A stretch of 64,000 nucleotides of DNA from Heterodontus francisci (lineage: Eukaryota): positions 868,001 through 932,000 of the forward strand of contig NW_027140453.1 in assembly GCF_036365525.1 (NCBI RefSeq). The letters are read 5' to 3'. The notes beneath the pieces are model-generated. The model was not told the DNA's origin and searched no databases. It saw only the letters and a list, made by a program, of their open reading frames with translations. Positions within the stretch are counted from its first letter, which is position 1. The number at the start of each line of letters is the position of its first letter. Positions 36,221 through 49,000 of this stretch are shown here, piece by piece. Position numbers and translations under genes: made by a program.

Positions 36221-36896
36221 GTGAAAAGTATCTGATTATTGATGATGTTTCAATAGGGACTTTGAAACGTGTCTATGAACATCTCCTGATAATTAAATAA
36301 CTACATCCCTGTTACAGTCTGGTGAACTGAATACAAGGTACCGCAGATGCTGGATGGTTTAGGTTCTGGGCGCTCTGTCACTATATTGGTGCTCGTTGCA
36401 TTTCTGGGTTATAAATAAATAAGGATGGAAATGTTAATCAGATCAGACAGCCTCTGTGGAGGGAGAAAAAATATTAGCATATCAGGTCGTAGATCTTTCA
36501 ACAGAACTGGAAGGATTTAGAGATCTATTAACTTTTAAGCAGCACAAAGTCAGAGAGACGGGCAATGGGAGAAATGCAAAATAGATTGAATAACAAAACT
36601 GATGCTGGTGCAAGACAAAAGGGATGTTAATGGGTCAAGTAAAGAACAAACGATGGGTCCAGAAGAGGCAGAACTGGCAGAAACACAATCATTACCAACA
36701 AGCCTCTGTCCAAATAAACCGGAGCAGTGGTTATGATCAGAAATTGTTAAACTAGCTGTTGAGTTCAGAAAGCTGTAAAGTGCCCAATTGAAAGATGAGG
36801 TGCTGTTCTTCGAGTTTCTGTTGAGCTTCATTGGAGCAGAGAAGGAGGTCGAGGACAGAGAGGTCAGGGTGGGAGTTTACAGAGTATCTGCACCCC

Positions 36897-39800
36897 GTGC
36901 AGATACTATAATAACAGACCCACACAGTGACTCTCCCTGTGGAGATATTATAATAACAGACCCACTCAGTGAATCTCCCAGTGGAGTCGGTCTGTTATTA
37001 GTGTATCTCCAAAGGGAGAGTCACTGAGTGCGTCTGTTGTTATAGTATCTCCACAAGGAGAGTCACTGAGTTGGTCTGTTATTATAGTATCTCCACAGTG
37101 AGAGTCACTTTGTGGGTCTGTTATTATTGCATCTCCACAGGGAGAGTGAATGATTGTGTCTGTTATTATTGCATCTCCACAGGGAGAGTCACTGTGTCTC
37201 TCTGTAATTATAGTATCTCAACTGGGACATTCATTGAGTGGGTCTGTTCTTATACTATCACCACAGGCAGTGTCAGTGAGTGGATCTGAAATTGCAGTGT
37301 CTCCACAGTGAGAGTCACTGAGTGGGTCTGTTATTATAATATCTCCACAAGGAGGGTCACTGAGTTGGTCTGTTATTATAGTATCTCCTGAGGGTGAGTC
37401 TCTGAGTGCGGCTGTTATTATAGTATCTCCGCAGGGATGGTGAATGATTATGTCTGTTATTATAGTATCTCAAGTGGGAGAGTCAGTAAGTGTCTCTGTT
37501 GTTGTAGTATCTCCACAGGGAGAGTCACTGTGTGAATCTGTTTCTTAGCATCTGCACAGGGGGAGCCACTGAGTGGGTCTGTTTTTGTATTATCTACACA
37601 GGGAGAGTCACTGAGTCTCTCTGGTATTACAGTATCTCCACAGGGAGACTGAATTATTGTGTCTGTTATTATAGAATCTCCACAGGGAGAGTCACTGAGT
37701 TGGTCTGTTATTATAGTATCTCCACAGGGAGTGTTTCTGAGTGGATCTGTTATTAGAGTATCTCCACAGGGAGAGTCACTGAGTGGATCTGTTATTAGAG
37801 TATCTCCACAGGGAGGGTGTATGATTGTGTCTCTGATTATAGTACCTCCTTGCGGAGAGTCATTGAGTGTGTCTGTGTCTGTAGTATCTGCACAGGGCGA
37901 GTCATTGAGTGGGTCTGTAATTATAGTATCTCCACAGGGAGAGTCACTGAGTCGGTCTGTTATTATAGTATCTCCAGTGGGAGAGTCACTGAGTGGGTCT
38001 GTTATTATAGTATCTCCACAGGGAGAGAAACTGAGTGTGTCTGTTATTATAGTATCTCCACAGGGAGAGAAACTGAGTGTGTCTGTTATTATAGTGTCTC
38101 CACAGGGAGAGTCACTGAGTGGGTCTGTTATTATAGTATCTCCACAGGGAGAGTCACTGAGTCGGTCTGTTATTATAGTATCTCCAGTGGGAGAGTCACT
38201 GAGTGGGTCTGTTATTATAGTATCTCCACAGGGAGAGTCACTGAGTGGGTCTGTTATTATAGTATCTCCACAGAGAGAGTCACTGAGTGGGTCTGTTTTT
38301 GTATTATCTACACAGGGAGAGTCACTGAGTGGGTCTGTTATTATAGTATCTCCACAGGGAGAGAAACTGAGTGTGTCTGTTCTTATAGTATCTCCACAGG
38401 GAGAGAAACTGAGTGTGTCTGTTATTATAGTGTCTCCACAGGGAGAGTCACTGAGTGGGTCTGTTATTATAGTATCTCCACAGGGAGAGTCACTGAGTCG
38501 GTCTGTTATTATAGTATCTCCAGTGGGAGAGTCACTGAGTGGGTCTGTTATTATAGTATCTCCACAGGGAGAGTCACTGAGTGGGTCTGTTATTATAGTA
38601 TCTCCACAGGGAGAGAAACTGAGTGTGTCTGTTATTATGGTATCTCCAGTGGGAGTGTCACTGAGTGTCTCTGGTATTACAGTATCTCCACAGGGAGAGT
38701 TAATGATTATGTCTGTTATTGCAGTCTCTGCACAGGGAGAGTCACTGAGTCGGTCAGTTATTATAGTATCTCCACAAGGAGAGTCACTGAGTGGGTCTGT
38801 TGTTGTAGCATGTCCACAGGGAGAGTCACTGAGTGGGTCTGTTGTTGCAGCATGTCCACAGGGAGAGTCACTGAATGGGTCTGTTATTATTGCATCTCCA
38901 CGAGGGGAGTCACTGTGTCGGTCTGCAATTATAGTATCTCCACAAGGAGAGTCACTGAGTGGGTCTGTTATTATTGCATCTCCACGAGGGGAGTCACTGT
39001 GTCGGTCTGCAATTATAGTATCTCCACAGGGAGAGTCACTGATTGGGTCTGTTATTATAGTATCTCCACAGGGAGAGTCACTGAGTGGGTCTGTTATTAT
39101 AGTATCTCCACAGGGAGAGTCACTGAGTGGGTCTGTTATTATTGCATCTCCACGAGGGGAGTCACTGAGTGGGTCTGTTATTATAGTATCTCCACAGGGA
39201 GAGTCACTGAGTGGGTCTGTTATTATAGTATCTCCACAAGGAGAGTCACTGAGTGGGTCTGTTATTATAGTATCTCCACAAGGAGAGTCACTGAGTGGGT
39301 CTGTTATTATAGTATCTCCACAGGGAGAGTCACTGAGTGGGTCTGTTATTATAGTATCTCCACAGGGAGAGTCACTGAGTGGGTCTGTTATTATTGCATC
39401 TCCACGAGGGGAGTCACTGTGTCGGTCTGCAATTATAGTATCTCCACGAGGAGAGTCACTGAGTGGGTCAGTTATTATAGTATCTCCACAGGGAGAGTCA
39501 CTGAGTCGGTCTGTTATTATAGTATCTCCACAAGGAGTGTCACTGAGTTGGTCTGTTATTATCGTATCTCCACAAGGAGAGTCACTGAGTTGCACTGTTA
39601 TTATAGTATCTCCACAAGGAGTGTCACTGAGTTGGTCTGTTATTATCGTATCTCCACAGGGAGAGTTACTGAGTGGGTCTGTAAATATCGTATCTCAACT
39701 GGGACAATCATTGAGTGGGTCTGTTCTTAAACTATCACCACAAGGAGAGTCAGTGAGTAGATCTGAAATTGCAGTATCTCCGCAGGGAGATTCACTGAGT

Positions 39801-40040
39801 GCGTCTGTAATCATAGTATCTCGACAGGGAGAGTCACCGAGTGAGTCTGTTATTATAGTATCTTTAGAGAGAGAGTCTGTGAGTGTGTCTGTTATTATAG
39901 TATCTCCACTGGGAGAGCTACTGAGTGGGTCTGTTATCATAGCATCTCCACAAAGGAGAGTGACTGAGTGGGTCTGTTATTATAGTATCTCCGCAGGGAG
40001 TGTCTCTGTGTGGTTCTCTTATTATTGTATCTCCACCGTG
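36897..40040. repeat. Minisatellite, 42-bp unit GTTATTATAGTATCTCCACAGGGAGAGTCACTGAGTGGGTCT; first two units inverted
   Basis: 14-aa periodicity in the 637-794 aa ORFs on both strands. Confidence 0.97.
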
Positions 40041-40499
40041 TGATATCTCTCTCTCTTTCTCGCTCTCCCTTTCTGTGCCTCTCCTTCTCTCTTTCTGTCT
40101 CTGTCTCTCTTTGACCCTCTCCTTGTCACTGTCTCTCCCTCTCTCTGTCACTCTTATTCTGTCTGAATACTTTACTCTGTTTTTCTCTCACATCATCTCT
40201 CCCTCCCACGCTGTCTCCTNNNNNNNNNNNNNNNNNNNNNNNNNNNNNNNNNNNNNNNNNNNNNNNNNNNNNNNNNNNNNNNNNNNNNNNNNNNNNNNNN
40301 NNNNNNNNNNNNNNNNNNNNNNNNNNNNNNNNNNNNNNNNNNNNNNNNNNNNNNNNNNNNNNNNNNNACTTTGCCACTGCCTGCCCCTCTCTCTGTTTCA
40401 CCTTCTCTGTCTCTGTCTCTCTCACATGCTCTCTCTCCCTCTGCCTCTCTCTCTGTCTCTTCCCTTCTCTCTTTCTCTGCCTCTGTATCAGAGTTGTTG

Positions 40500-41885
40500 C
40501 AGTGCTTAAGGAGGCCATTCGGGCCATCTTGTCTGCACTGGATTTCCGAGAGTGCAATTCTCTCAGTTCCATTACCCTGCCTTCTCTTCATAACCCTGCA
40601 CATTCTTCCTTTTCATATCACTGTCTAATTCCCTTTTGAATGCTTCAATTGAACCTGCCTCCACCACGTTCTCAGGCAGCGCATTCCAGACATTAACCAC
40701 ACACTGCATGAAAAAGATTTTCCCCATGTCACTTTTGCTTCTCTGACCAAATATTTTCTGTCTGTGTCATCTCGTTCTCGATCCTTTCACAAGTGGGAAC
40801 AGTTTCTCCCTATCTGCTCTGTCCAGATCCCTCATGATGTTGAATACTTCTATCAAATCACCTCTCAGCCTTCTCTTCTCCAAGGAAAACAGTCCTAACT
40901 TCTCCAATCTATCTTCATAACTGAAATTCCTCATCCCTGGAACCATTCTCGTGAATCTCTTCTGTACTCTGTCCAATGCCCTCACATCTTTCCTAAAGTG
41001 TGGCTCTCAGAAATGGACGCAATACTCGTGCTGAGGATGAACTAGTGTCTAATACAAGTTCTACATAACCTCCTTGCTCTTGTACTCTGTGCCCCTATTA
41101 ATAAATCCCAGGATACTGTATGCTTTATTAACCACTCTCTCAACCTACACTGCCACTTTCAATGACTTCTGCACATTTACACCCAGGTCCCTCTGCTCCT
41201 GCTCCCACTTTGGAATTGTTCCCTTTATTCTATATTGTCACTCCATGTTCTTCCTACCAAAATGAATCACTTCACATTTCTATGCATTGAACGTTATCTG
41301 CCACCTGCCTGCCCATTCCACCAACTTGTCTATGTCTTTTTGAAATTCGTCACTATCGTCCTCACAGTTCACAATGCTTCCAAGTTTCGTATCATCTGCA
41401 AACTTTGAAATTGTACCCTGTACACCGAGGTCTCGGTCATTAATATACATATGAAGAAACTCAAGGGTCCCAACCCTGACCCCTGGGGAACTCCACTACA
41501 AAACTTCATTCAGCCTGAAAAACATCCATTAATCACAACTCTTTGTTTCCTGCCACTCAGCCAATTCCGTATCCATGTTGCTACCGTAGTATTTATTCTA
41601 TGAGCTACAAGTTTGCTCACACGTCTGTTGTGTGGCACTGTATCAAACGCCTTTTGAAAATCCATGTACACCACATCAACAACATTGCCCTCATCAACCC
41701 TCTCAGTTACCTCCTCAAAAAACTCCAGCCAGTTTGTTAAACATGATTTTCCCTTATGAAATCCATACTGCCTTTCCTTAATTAACTCACATTTATCCAT
41801 GTGACTATTGATGGTGATCCGAATTATTTTTTCTGGATATTTTCTACCACCAAAGTTAAAATAACTGACCTAAAGTTGCTCTGGT
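40500..41885 (-). mobile_element. CR1 LINE 3' portion
   Basis: QYGFHKGKSCLTN..YMDFQKAFDTVPH; RVQKRFTRMVPG. Confidence 0.93.
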
Positions 41886-41889
41886 AGTC

Positions 41890-42725
41890 TGCCCACTCTC
41901 TATCTCTGTCTCTCTCTATTTTTCTATCTTTACTCTCTTACTCCCTCTCTCTCTCTCTTTGCCCTGTCTCTCTCTCTCTCGGTCTCCCCGTCTCTCTCTG
42001 TCTCTCTCTCTGTCTCTCTGTCTGTCTCTCCCTCTGTCCCTCCCTCTGTACCTCCCTCTGTCTCTCCCGCTCTGCCTCGCTCTCTCTTGGTCTCTCCTGC
42101 TTTCACTCTCCCTCTCTCTGCCAATCCCTATCTCTCCCATCTTTCTCTTTGTCTCGGTCTCTCCCTCTACCCTGTCTCCCCCAATCTCTGTCTCTCCCAA
42201 TCGTTCTCTCTGTCTCTGTCTCTCCGTCTGCATCTGTCCCTCTGTCTGTCTTTCCCTCTCCCTCTGTCCCTCCCTCTCTCCCTCTACCGCTCTATCCCTC
42301 TCTCTGCCACTCCCTCTCTGTCTGAATTTCCCTCCCCTCTGTCTCCCTTGTCTCTATCTCCCCTGTTTCTGTCTCTCCCACCTTCTCTGTCTCCCCTCTC
42401 TGTCTGTCCCTCCGTCTGTCTTTCCCTCTCCCTCTGCCCCTCCCCCTCTCCCTCCCTCTCTCTCTGTGCCGCTCCCTTTCGGTCTTTCTTTATCTCCCTC
42501 GCTGTCTCTGTCTTCCCTGTCTCGATTTCCGCTGCTTCTGTCTCTCCCTCCTTCTCTGTCTCTGTTTCTCTTTCTCGCTCTGTCTCTGTCTCCCCCCTGT
42601 CTCTCGGTCTGTTTCTTCCCTCTCTCTCTGTCTCTCCCTCTCTCTCTGTCTCTCCCTTCCCCCTATTTCTCTGCCTCTCTCTCGCTCTCTCTCTCTCTTT
42701 TCATCTCTCCCTTCCTCTCTCTGTC
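41890..42725. repeat. CT-rich low-complexity tract (similar tracts at 19.5-20.0, 33.8-34.35, 53.6-54.3 and 62.05-64.0 kb)
   Basis: Polypyrimidine composition. Confidence 0.95.
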
Positions 42726-42785
42726 CCAGGACAGCAATGCTTTCAGACATGTCTTTGTTAATTTAGAACCAGTAACTCTTTCCTT

Positions 42786-43388
42786 TAGAATCACAGAAAT
42801 TTTAAGGCACAGAAAGAGGCCACTTGTCTCATCGTATCTGTGCCAGACAAATAACGATCTTCCTACTCTAATCCCACCTGCCACCCTTTGTTCCGTAGCC
42901 CTGTAGATTCAGGCACTTGAGGTGCATATCCAGACTCCTTTTGAATGACTTGAGGTTTTCCGCCTCAACTCCCCTTTCAGGCCATCTGTTCCAGACCCTC
43001 ACCACCCTCTGAGTGAAAAATATTTTCCTCATCTCCCTTCTAATCTTTCTACCAATCACTTTAAGTCTATGCCCCTTCATCGCTGAGCTCTCTACTAAGG
43101 TGAATCGACCCTTCACTTCCACTCTATCCAAGCCCTTCACATTTCAGTCAGATCTCCCGTCAGCCTTCTCTGTGCCAAGGAGAACAGCCACAGCCGATCC
43201 AATCTTCCCTCGGAGCTGCATTTTCCAGTTCTGGCAACATCCTCGTAAATCTCCTCTGTACCCTCTCCAGTGCAATTGCATCCTTTCTGTAATGATGTGA
43301 CCAGAACTGCACACAGTACTCGAGTTGTGGTCTAACCAATGGGTTATACAGTTTCAGCATAACCTCCCTGCTCTTCTATTCTATACCT
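42786..43388 (-). mobile_element. CR1 3' end
   Basis: VRPQLEYCVQFWS..LERVQRRFTRMLP; FFTQRVVRVWN. Confidence 0.9.
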
Positions 43389-43757
43389 GCCTTGTTGGGA
43401 AGGTCACTGCAGTGTGAAAATATCAAACACTGATCCAACACTCACGCGTAAAACATTCACACTAAACTCCCAACACAGGACTGGGCAGATAATGAGGATT
43501 GTTACTGACTGTTACATCTTGTCTCATCCTCTATCTGTCTCTGCCTCTCATGTCTGTCTCTCTCCATCTCTTTCTCTCTCTCCCTCGATCTCCTTCTCCC
43601 TCTTTCTCCGCCGCAGTCCATGACTGTGCCTGTGACTCTCTCACACCATCTCTCCCTCTCTCTCTCCTTGGACAGAAATGGTTTCGTCCATTTATTGGTT
43701 AATTTTGAACCTGCAATTCTTGCCCTTGCTGGGGACGTCCCTGCAGTTTGAAAATAT

Positions 43758-44100
43758 GTGGGTGGCACAGTGGTGCAGTGGTTAGCACCGCAGCCTCACA
43801 GCTCCAGCGACCCGGGTTCAATTCTGCCTGTGTGGAGTTTGCAAGTTTTCCCTGTGTCTGCGTGGGTTTCCTCTGGGTGCTCCGGTTTCCCCCGACATGC
43901 CAAAGACTTGCAGGTTGATAGGTAAATTGGCCATTATAAATTGTCCCTAGTATACGTAGGTGGTCGGGAAATATAGGGACAGGTGGGGATGTGGTAGGAA
44001 TATGGAATTAGTGTAGGATTAGTATATAAATGGTGGTTGATGGTCGGCACAGACTCGGTGGGCCGAAGGGCCTGTTTCAGAGCTGTATCTCTAAACTAAA
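43758..44100 (+). mobile_element. tRNA-derived SINE (HE1-like)
   Basis: A box TGGTGCAGTGG, B box GGTTCAATTC, CR1-like 3' end GGGCCGAAGGGCCTGTTTC, (CTAAA)n tail. Confidence 0.9.
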
Positions 44101-44874
44101 CATTTATTGGTTAATTTTGAACCTGCAATTCTTGGCCTTGCTGGGAACGTCACTGCAGTTTGAAAATATCAAACACTGATCAACACACGCTCCCTAAACT
44201 CTCACACTAAACCCCCAATACAGGACTGGGCAGATAATGGGAATTTTTACTGAGGTTCTGTCAAGGTCCCCTCACACCCTGTCTCCCTTTTCCCCTACTT
44301 CTAAAGTTTGTCAATTTTTGATAATATATTGTCCACAATAATAACTGTCCCTGCAGTTTGAAAATATGAAACACTGATCCAACAGTTCCCTCCAAAACAC
44401 TCACACTAAACCCCAAATGTTTCCTTTCAAATTTAGTTTTTGCACACAGCCAGTTTTAGTTTTTAATTTTCTCTTTTTTCAAACATTATTAGATCTAAAG
44501 TTTCTCATTTAATCCCGCCCTGTCACACTCTCTCTGTCTCTCTCTCCCTCTGTCTCTGTCCCATTCTGTCTGTGTCTCTCTCCCTCCATCTCTGTTTCCC
44601 TCTCTCCATGGACAGCAATGCTTCGAGCCATTCCGTTGTTAATTTTGAATCTGTAACTCTTGCGCTTGTTGGGAATGTCACTTCAGTTTGAGCAAAAACT
44701 CAGCCCTAAAGCACTCACACTAAATCCCCAATACCAGACGGGTCAGACAATTGACATTGTTTCTGGGGTTCTGTCAAGGTCTAATTTTACTAACTCTACT
44801 GTCCCTCAGTCTTTCACTTCGTTTTTCTCTCCAATACTCCATTTGTTTACATTTCCCTCTCTCCTTTGTCCTGA

Positions 44875-45358
44875 CTCGCCCTCCACTTTATACGTAGAGC
44901 GAGAGCTCCCTCCACTTTATACGTAGAGAGGGAGCTCACTGCACTGTATACATAGAGAGGGAGCTCGCTCTACTGCATACGTACAGAGGGTGCTCACTCC
45001 AGTTTATACGTAGAGAGGGAGCTGCCTCCACTTTATACATAGAGAGGGAGCTGCCTCCACTTTATACGTAGAGGGGGAGCTCCCACTATTTTATTCATAG
45101 AGGGGGAGCTCGCTCCAATTTATACATAGAGAGGGTGCTCCCTAAACTATATACATAGAGAGGGAGTTCCCTCCTCTTTATACATAGAGAGGAAGCTCCC
45201 TCCATTTAAGACATAGAGAATGAGCTCCCTCCACTTTATACATAGAGAGGGAGCTCCCTGCACTTGAAACAAAGAGAGGGAGCTTCCTCCACTGTATACA
45301 TACAGAGGGAGCTCTCTCCACTTTATGCAGAGAGAGGGAGCTCCCTCTATTTTATACA
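44875..45358. repeat. 29-bp minisatellite built on the palindrome GAGGGAGCTCCCTC
   Basis: Unit GCTCCCTCCACTTTATACATAGAGAGGGA, about 16 copies. Confidence 0.92.
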
Positions 45359-45924
45359 GCTGCCAAGGTGAGTTTTGAACCCTGTCCCCAGCACATCAGG
45401 TTGGGCCTCTGGATTACTTGAGCAGTGATATTATCAATATGCGACTGCCTCCCTAATGGCTGTGTACAGTGTCTGACCCCCAATATCACCCACAGTAGTT
45501 TCTGGGCTGTAACCCTGAACACTGTCCTGAATCAGATCCACAAAGTTCACATTTTAACTGGGGAAAAGACAGGAACAGAGTGAAACGTAATTGCTTTTGT
45601 CCCTGGATTCAGTGTCCACTGCAGACAGATCAGTTACATTTACAACAGAAATGCCAGGAGTGAATAAGGTCAATACAATAATATGGCAAATATAAATGAC
45701 GCCTCTCATAATTGTAGCATCCGTGCAGTATGAGGACGGTTTTCAGGTTCATTCCCGAGAGAGGCCTTACAAAGAAAATGTCATTGACATTGAAATGATT
45801 GTGTTTTATCCACCACATTATTTACATCAGCATCAAAGCTGCTGATGTAATGTGTTTGTTGAGGTGAGTATAACTAATAGCAATGATTAGGAGTATCACC
45901 GTGTCAGTGGAGACTTATCCCCTG

Positions 45925-45930
45925 TATAAA
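45925..45930 (+). promoter_or_regulatory. Candidate TATA box of the GPCR gene
   Basis: TATAAA about 90 bp upstream of ATG 46016. Confidence 0.5.
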
Positions 45931-46015
45931 TTAGGACCCAATGGATTGGATCAGCTCAGAGTGCCTGGTGGAGCTGTGGATTCCAGGCTAATAGAAGCCT
46001 CTGCTTCTCACAGGA

Positions 46016-49000
46016 ATGGGATATCCAGTAATGTATCAGTTCATATTCATTTACTATCCAGTACTTGCAGCAATTGGAGTTCCTGGTAAGCAGAATCTCA
46101 GCTGTTAATGGTGTAAATCGATGTTAACTGTGCTGCTGTACTCGGTATTATTTCTCACTGTGTGTGTTACACAGCCACCTATTCTTTTCCAGCAATTTAC
46201 TGATGGAATCTCCTCATTGTCTATTCTTTCAGTGCTGCAGGAGATGTGTCATGTCTTTTATTGTATTGGTTTCAGTAACCGTGGCATTCTTACTGGATTA
46301 TTCTGTGTATTGACTGCATTCAAATCATGTTCTCTGTTACGATTAATAATCAGACCATTCGGAGTTTTTAACATTTTCATGATGTGGATCTAACCGGTCC
46401 TGGAATATTTTTATGATATCTTTTTAGTGATTGATAATGAGACATCTCACAGTCTCAGTGTTACAAGGGAACAGAACAATATCCTCCCTCCCCAATAACA
46501 TGGCTCAGTTTAACTGGGATTTCAATGTATTTATTGATTATCACTGTTATCAAACATTATTTCACTCTGTGTGTGCCTGACACTGCTTCAGAAGTCTGGC
46601 TACTGAACTGAGTTTGCTGCTGACACTTTCACTTCCCCTTCTCTGCTTCACTGTGGACCCTTCACTGTCACTGGACTACATTGTAAAATAGAAAGTATTG
46701 ATATGATGTTTTATTGGTTTTCACTCGATCAGTTGGAATCAAGAGTCTTTCTGTAGATTATCAGCTGCAGCGCTGATGTTGGTGTTTTATTAATTAAACA
46801 ATCCCACATTCTAACAGATTACTTTATAATTCCAGGAGAAGTAATTTCAATGACTGTGAGGTTTGTCTGGAAGTAGCTTTCGATCCTGTTTATTCCATAT
46901 GTTGTAGATGAAGTGAAGAGTGCAGGTGAACAGGTGGAGACTTGAATGTTCTGTAGATGCATTAAATTATTCACAGAGGTTTCACCGTTGAACAAACTTA
47001 CTCTGAGAATAGAATAATTGAACCTGGGGCTGGTGAACAGAACACAGACGCAGAATGTTAGAAATAAATCCTATGTGAAAAGCATCATTAAGTAACAATT
47101 TACAGGGTGTGAGAGATAGGGAAGGAGAAAAGGAGCAGGGGGAACGAAACCGATGGAAAGAGATAAGCAGAAGTAAGAGAAAGAAGCAGCAGTGTAAATA
47201 ATTCGCTATCATAAGGTGCTGGAATGTCCAGAACAATTAATGAGAGAAACTGTGAGTTGAAGTTGTCTGCTGTCAGATTGTGTTCATTTTCCTGTTGGAC
47301 TTGATCATCTGTGATGATTTCTGTCAGGTCCTCATTTTGTTTTGTAGAAAGTTCCTATTCCTTACTTAGTGACTGAATAAACAGAATAGAATCAGTTCTA
47401 CACTGATAGAACATAGAACATAGAACATTACAGCGCAGTACAGGCCCTTCGGCCCTCGATGTTGCGCAGACCTGTGAAACCATCTGACCTACACTATTCC
47501 ATTTTCATCCATATGTCTATCCAATGACCACTTAAATGCCCTTAAAGTGGGCGAGTCTACTACTGTTGCAGGCAGGGCGCTCCACGCCCCTACTACTCTC
47601 TGAGTAAAGAAACTACCTCTGACATCTGTCCTATATCTATCACCCCTCAACTTGAAGCTATGTCCCCTCGTGTTTGCCATCACCATCCGAGGAAAAAGAC
47701 GCTCACTATCCACCCTATCCAACCCTCTGATTATCTTAAATGTCTCTATTAAGTCACCTCTCCTCCTCCTTCTCTCAAACGAAAACAACCTCAAGTCCCT
47801 CAGCCTTTCCTCGTAAGACCTTCCCTCCATACCAGGCAACATCCTAGTAAATGTGGGCGGCACAGTGGCGCAGTGGTTAGCACTGCAGCCTCACAGCTCC
47901 AGGGACCCGGGTTCGATTCCGGGTACTGTCTGTGTGGAGTTTGCAAGTTCTCCCTGTGTCTGCGTGGGTTTTCTCCGGGTGCTCCGGTTTCCTCCCACAA
48001 GCCAAAAGACTTGCAGGTTGATAGGTAAATTGGCCATTATAAATTGTCACTAGTATAGGTAGGTGGTAGGTAAAAATAGGGACAGGTGGGGATGTTTGGT
48101 AGGAATATGGGATTAGTGTAGGATTAGTATAAATGGGTGGTTGATGGTCGGCACAGACTCGGTGGGCCGAAGGGCCTGTTTCAGTGCTGTATCTCTAATC
48201 TCTAATCTCTAATCTCTAAATCTCCTCTGCACCCTTTCCATAGCTTCCACATCCTTCCTATAATGCGGTGACCAGAACTGCACGCAATACTCCTGGTGCG
48301 GTCTCATCAGAGTTTTGTACAGCTGCAGCATGACCTCGTGCCTCCGAAACTCGATCCCCCTACTAATAAAAGCTAACACAGCATATGCCTTCTTAACAGC
48401 CCTATTAACCTGGGTAGCAACCTTCAGGGATTTATGCACCTGGACACCAAGATCTCTCTGTTCATCTACACTACCAAGAATCTTCCCATTAGCCCAGTAC
48501 TCTGCATTCCTGTTACTCCTTTCAAAGTAAATCACCTCGCACTTTTCCGCATTAAACTCCATTTGCCATCTCTCAGCCCAGCTCTGCAGCCTATCTATGT
48601 CCCTCTGTACCCTACAACATCCTTCGGCACTATCCACAACTCCACCGACCTTAGTGTCATCCGCAAATTTACTAACCCACCCTTCTACACACTCTTCCAG
48701 GTCATTTCCAGATTGTGTTCATTTTCCTGTTGGACTTGTTCCTCTGTGTTGATTTCTGTCAGGGCCTCATTTTGTTTTGTGGAAAGTTCCTGTTCCTTAC
48801 TTAGTGACTGCATGATCTGAATAGAATCAGTTTTACACTGATGGAAATTTTTTATTTAAATACTGCACTTTAAAATCTCTGTGACTACTGAATTCAATAA
48901 AGAGCGAGGCTGATATCAGAAATATATTTAAATTTATATTTAATTGCCTCTACAAACTAAATATATTGACGATATTGTACAAACTGTGCTCCAACACCAA

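Larger units (their letters stand above)
42729..44782 (+). repeat. Four to five spaced direct copies of a ~190-bp local repeat, interrupted by a CR1 and a SINE
   Basis: Recurrent GGACAG.AATG.TT..GTTAATTTTGAA..CTGCAGTTTGAAAATAT.AAACACTGATC..CACACTAAA..CAGGACTGGGCAGA. Confidence 0.8.

Noticed and set aside
37460-40043. 711, 794 and 637 aa ORFs
   Set aside because: Overlapping translations of a 42-bp satellite on both strands; the unit is a multiple of 3 and lacks stops in those frames
41916-42906. Leu/Ser-rich and Arg/Glu-rich ORFs (also 53.3-54.4 and 62-64 kb)
   Set aside because: Translations of CT/GA low-complexity DNA
43762-43825. tRNA gene (also 47857-47922)
   Set aside because: A and B boxes belong to SINE heads followed by SINE body and tail
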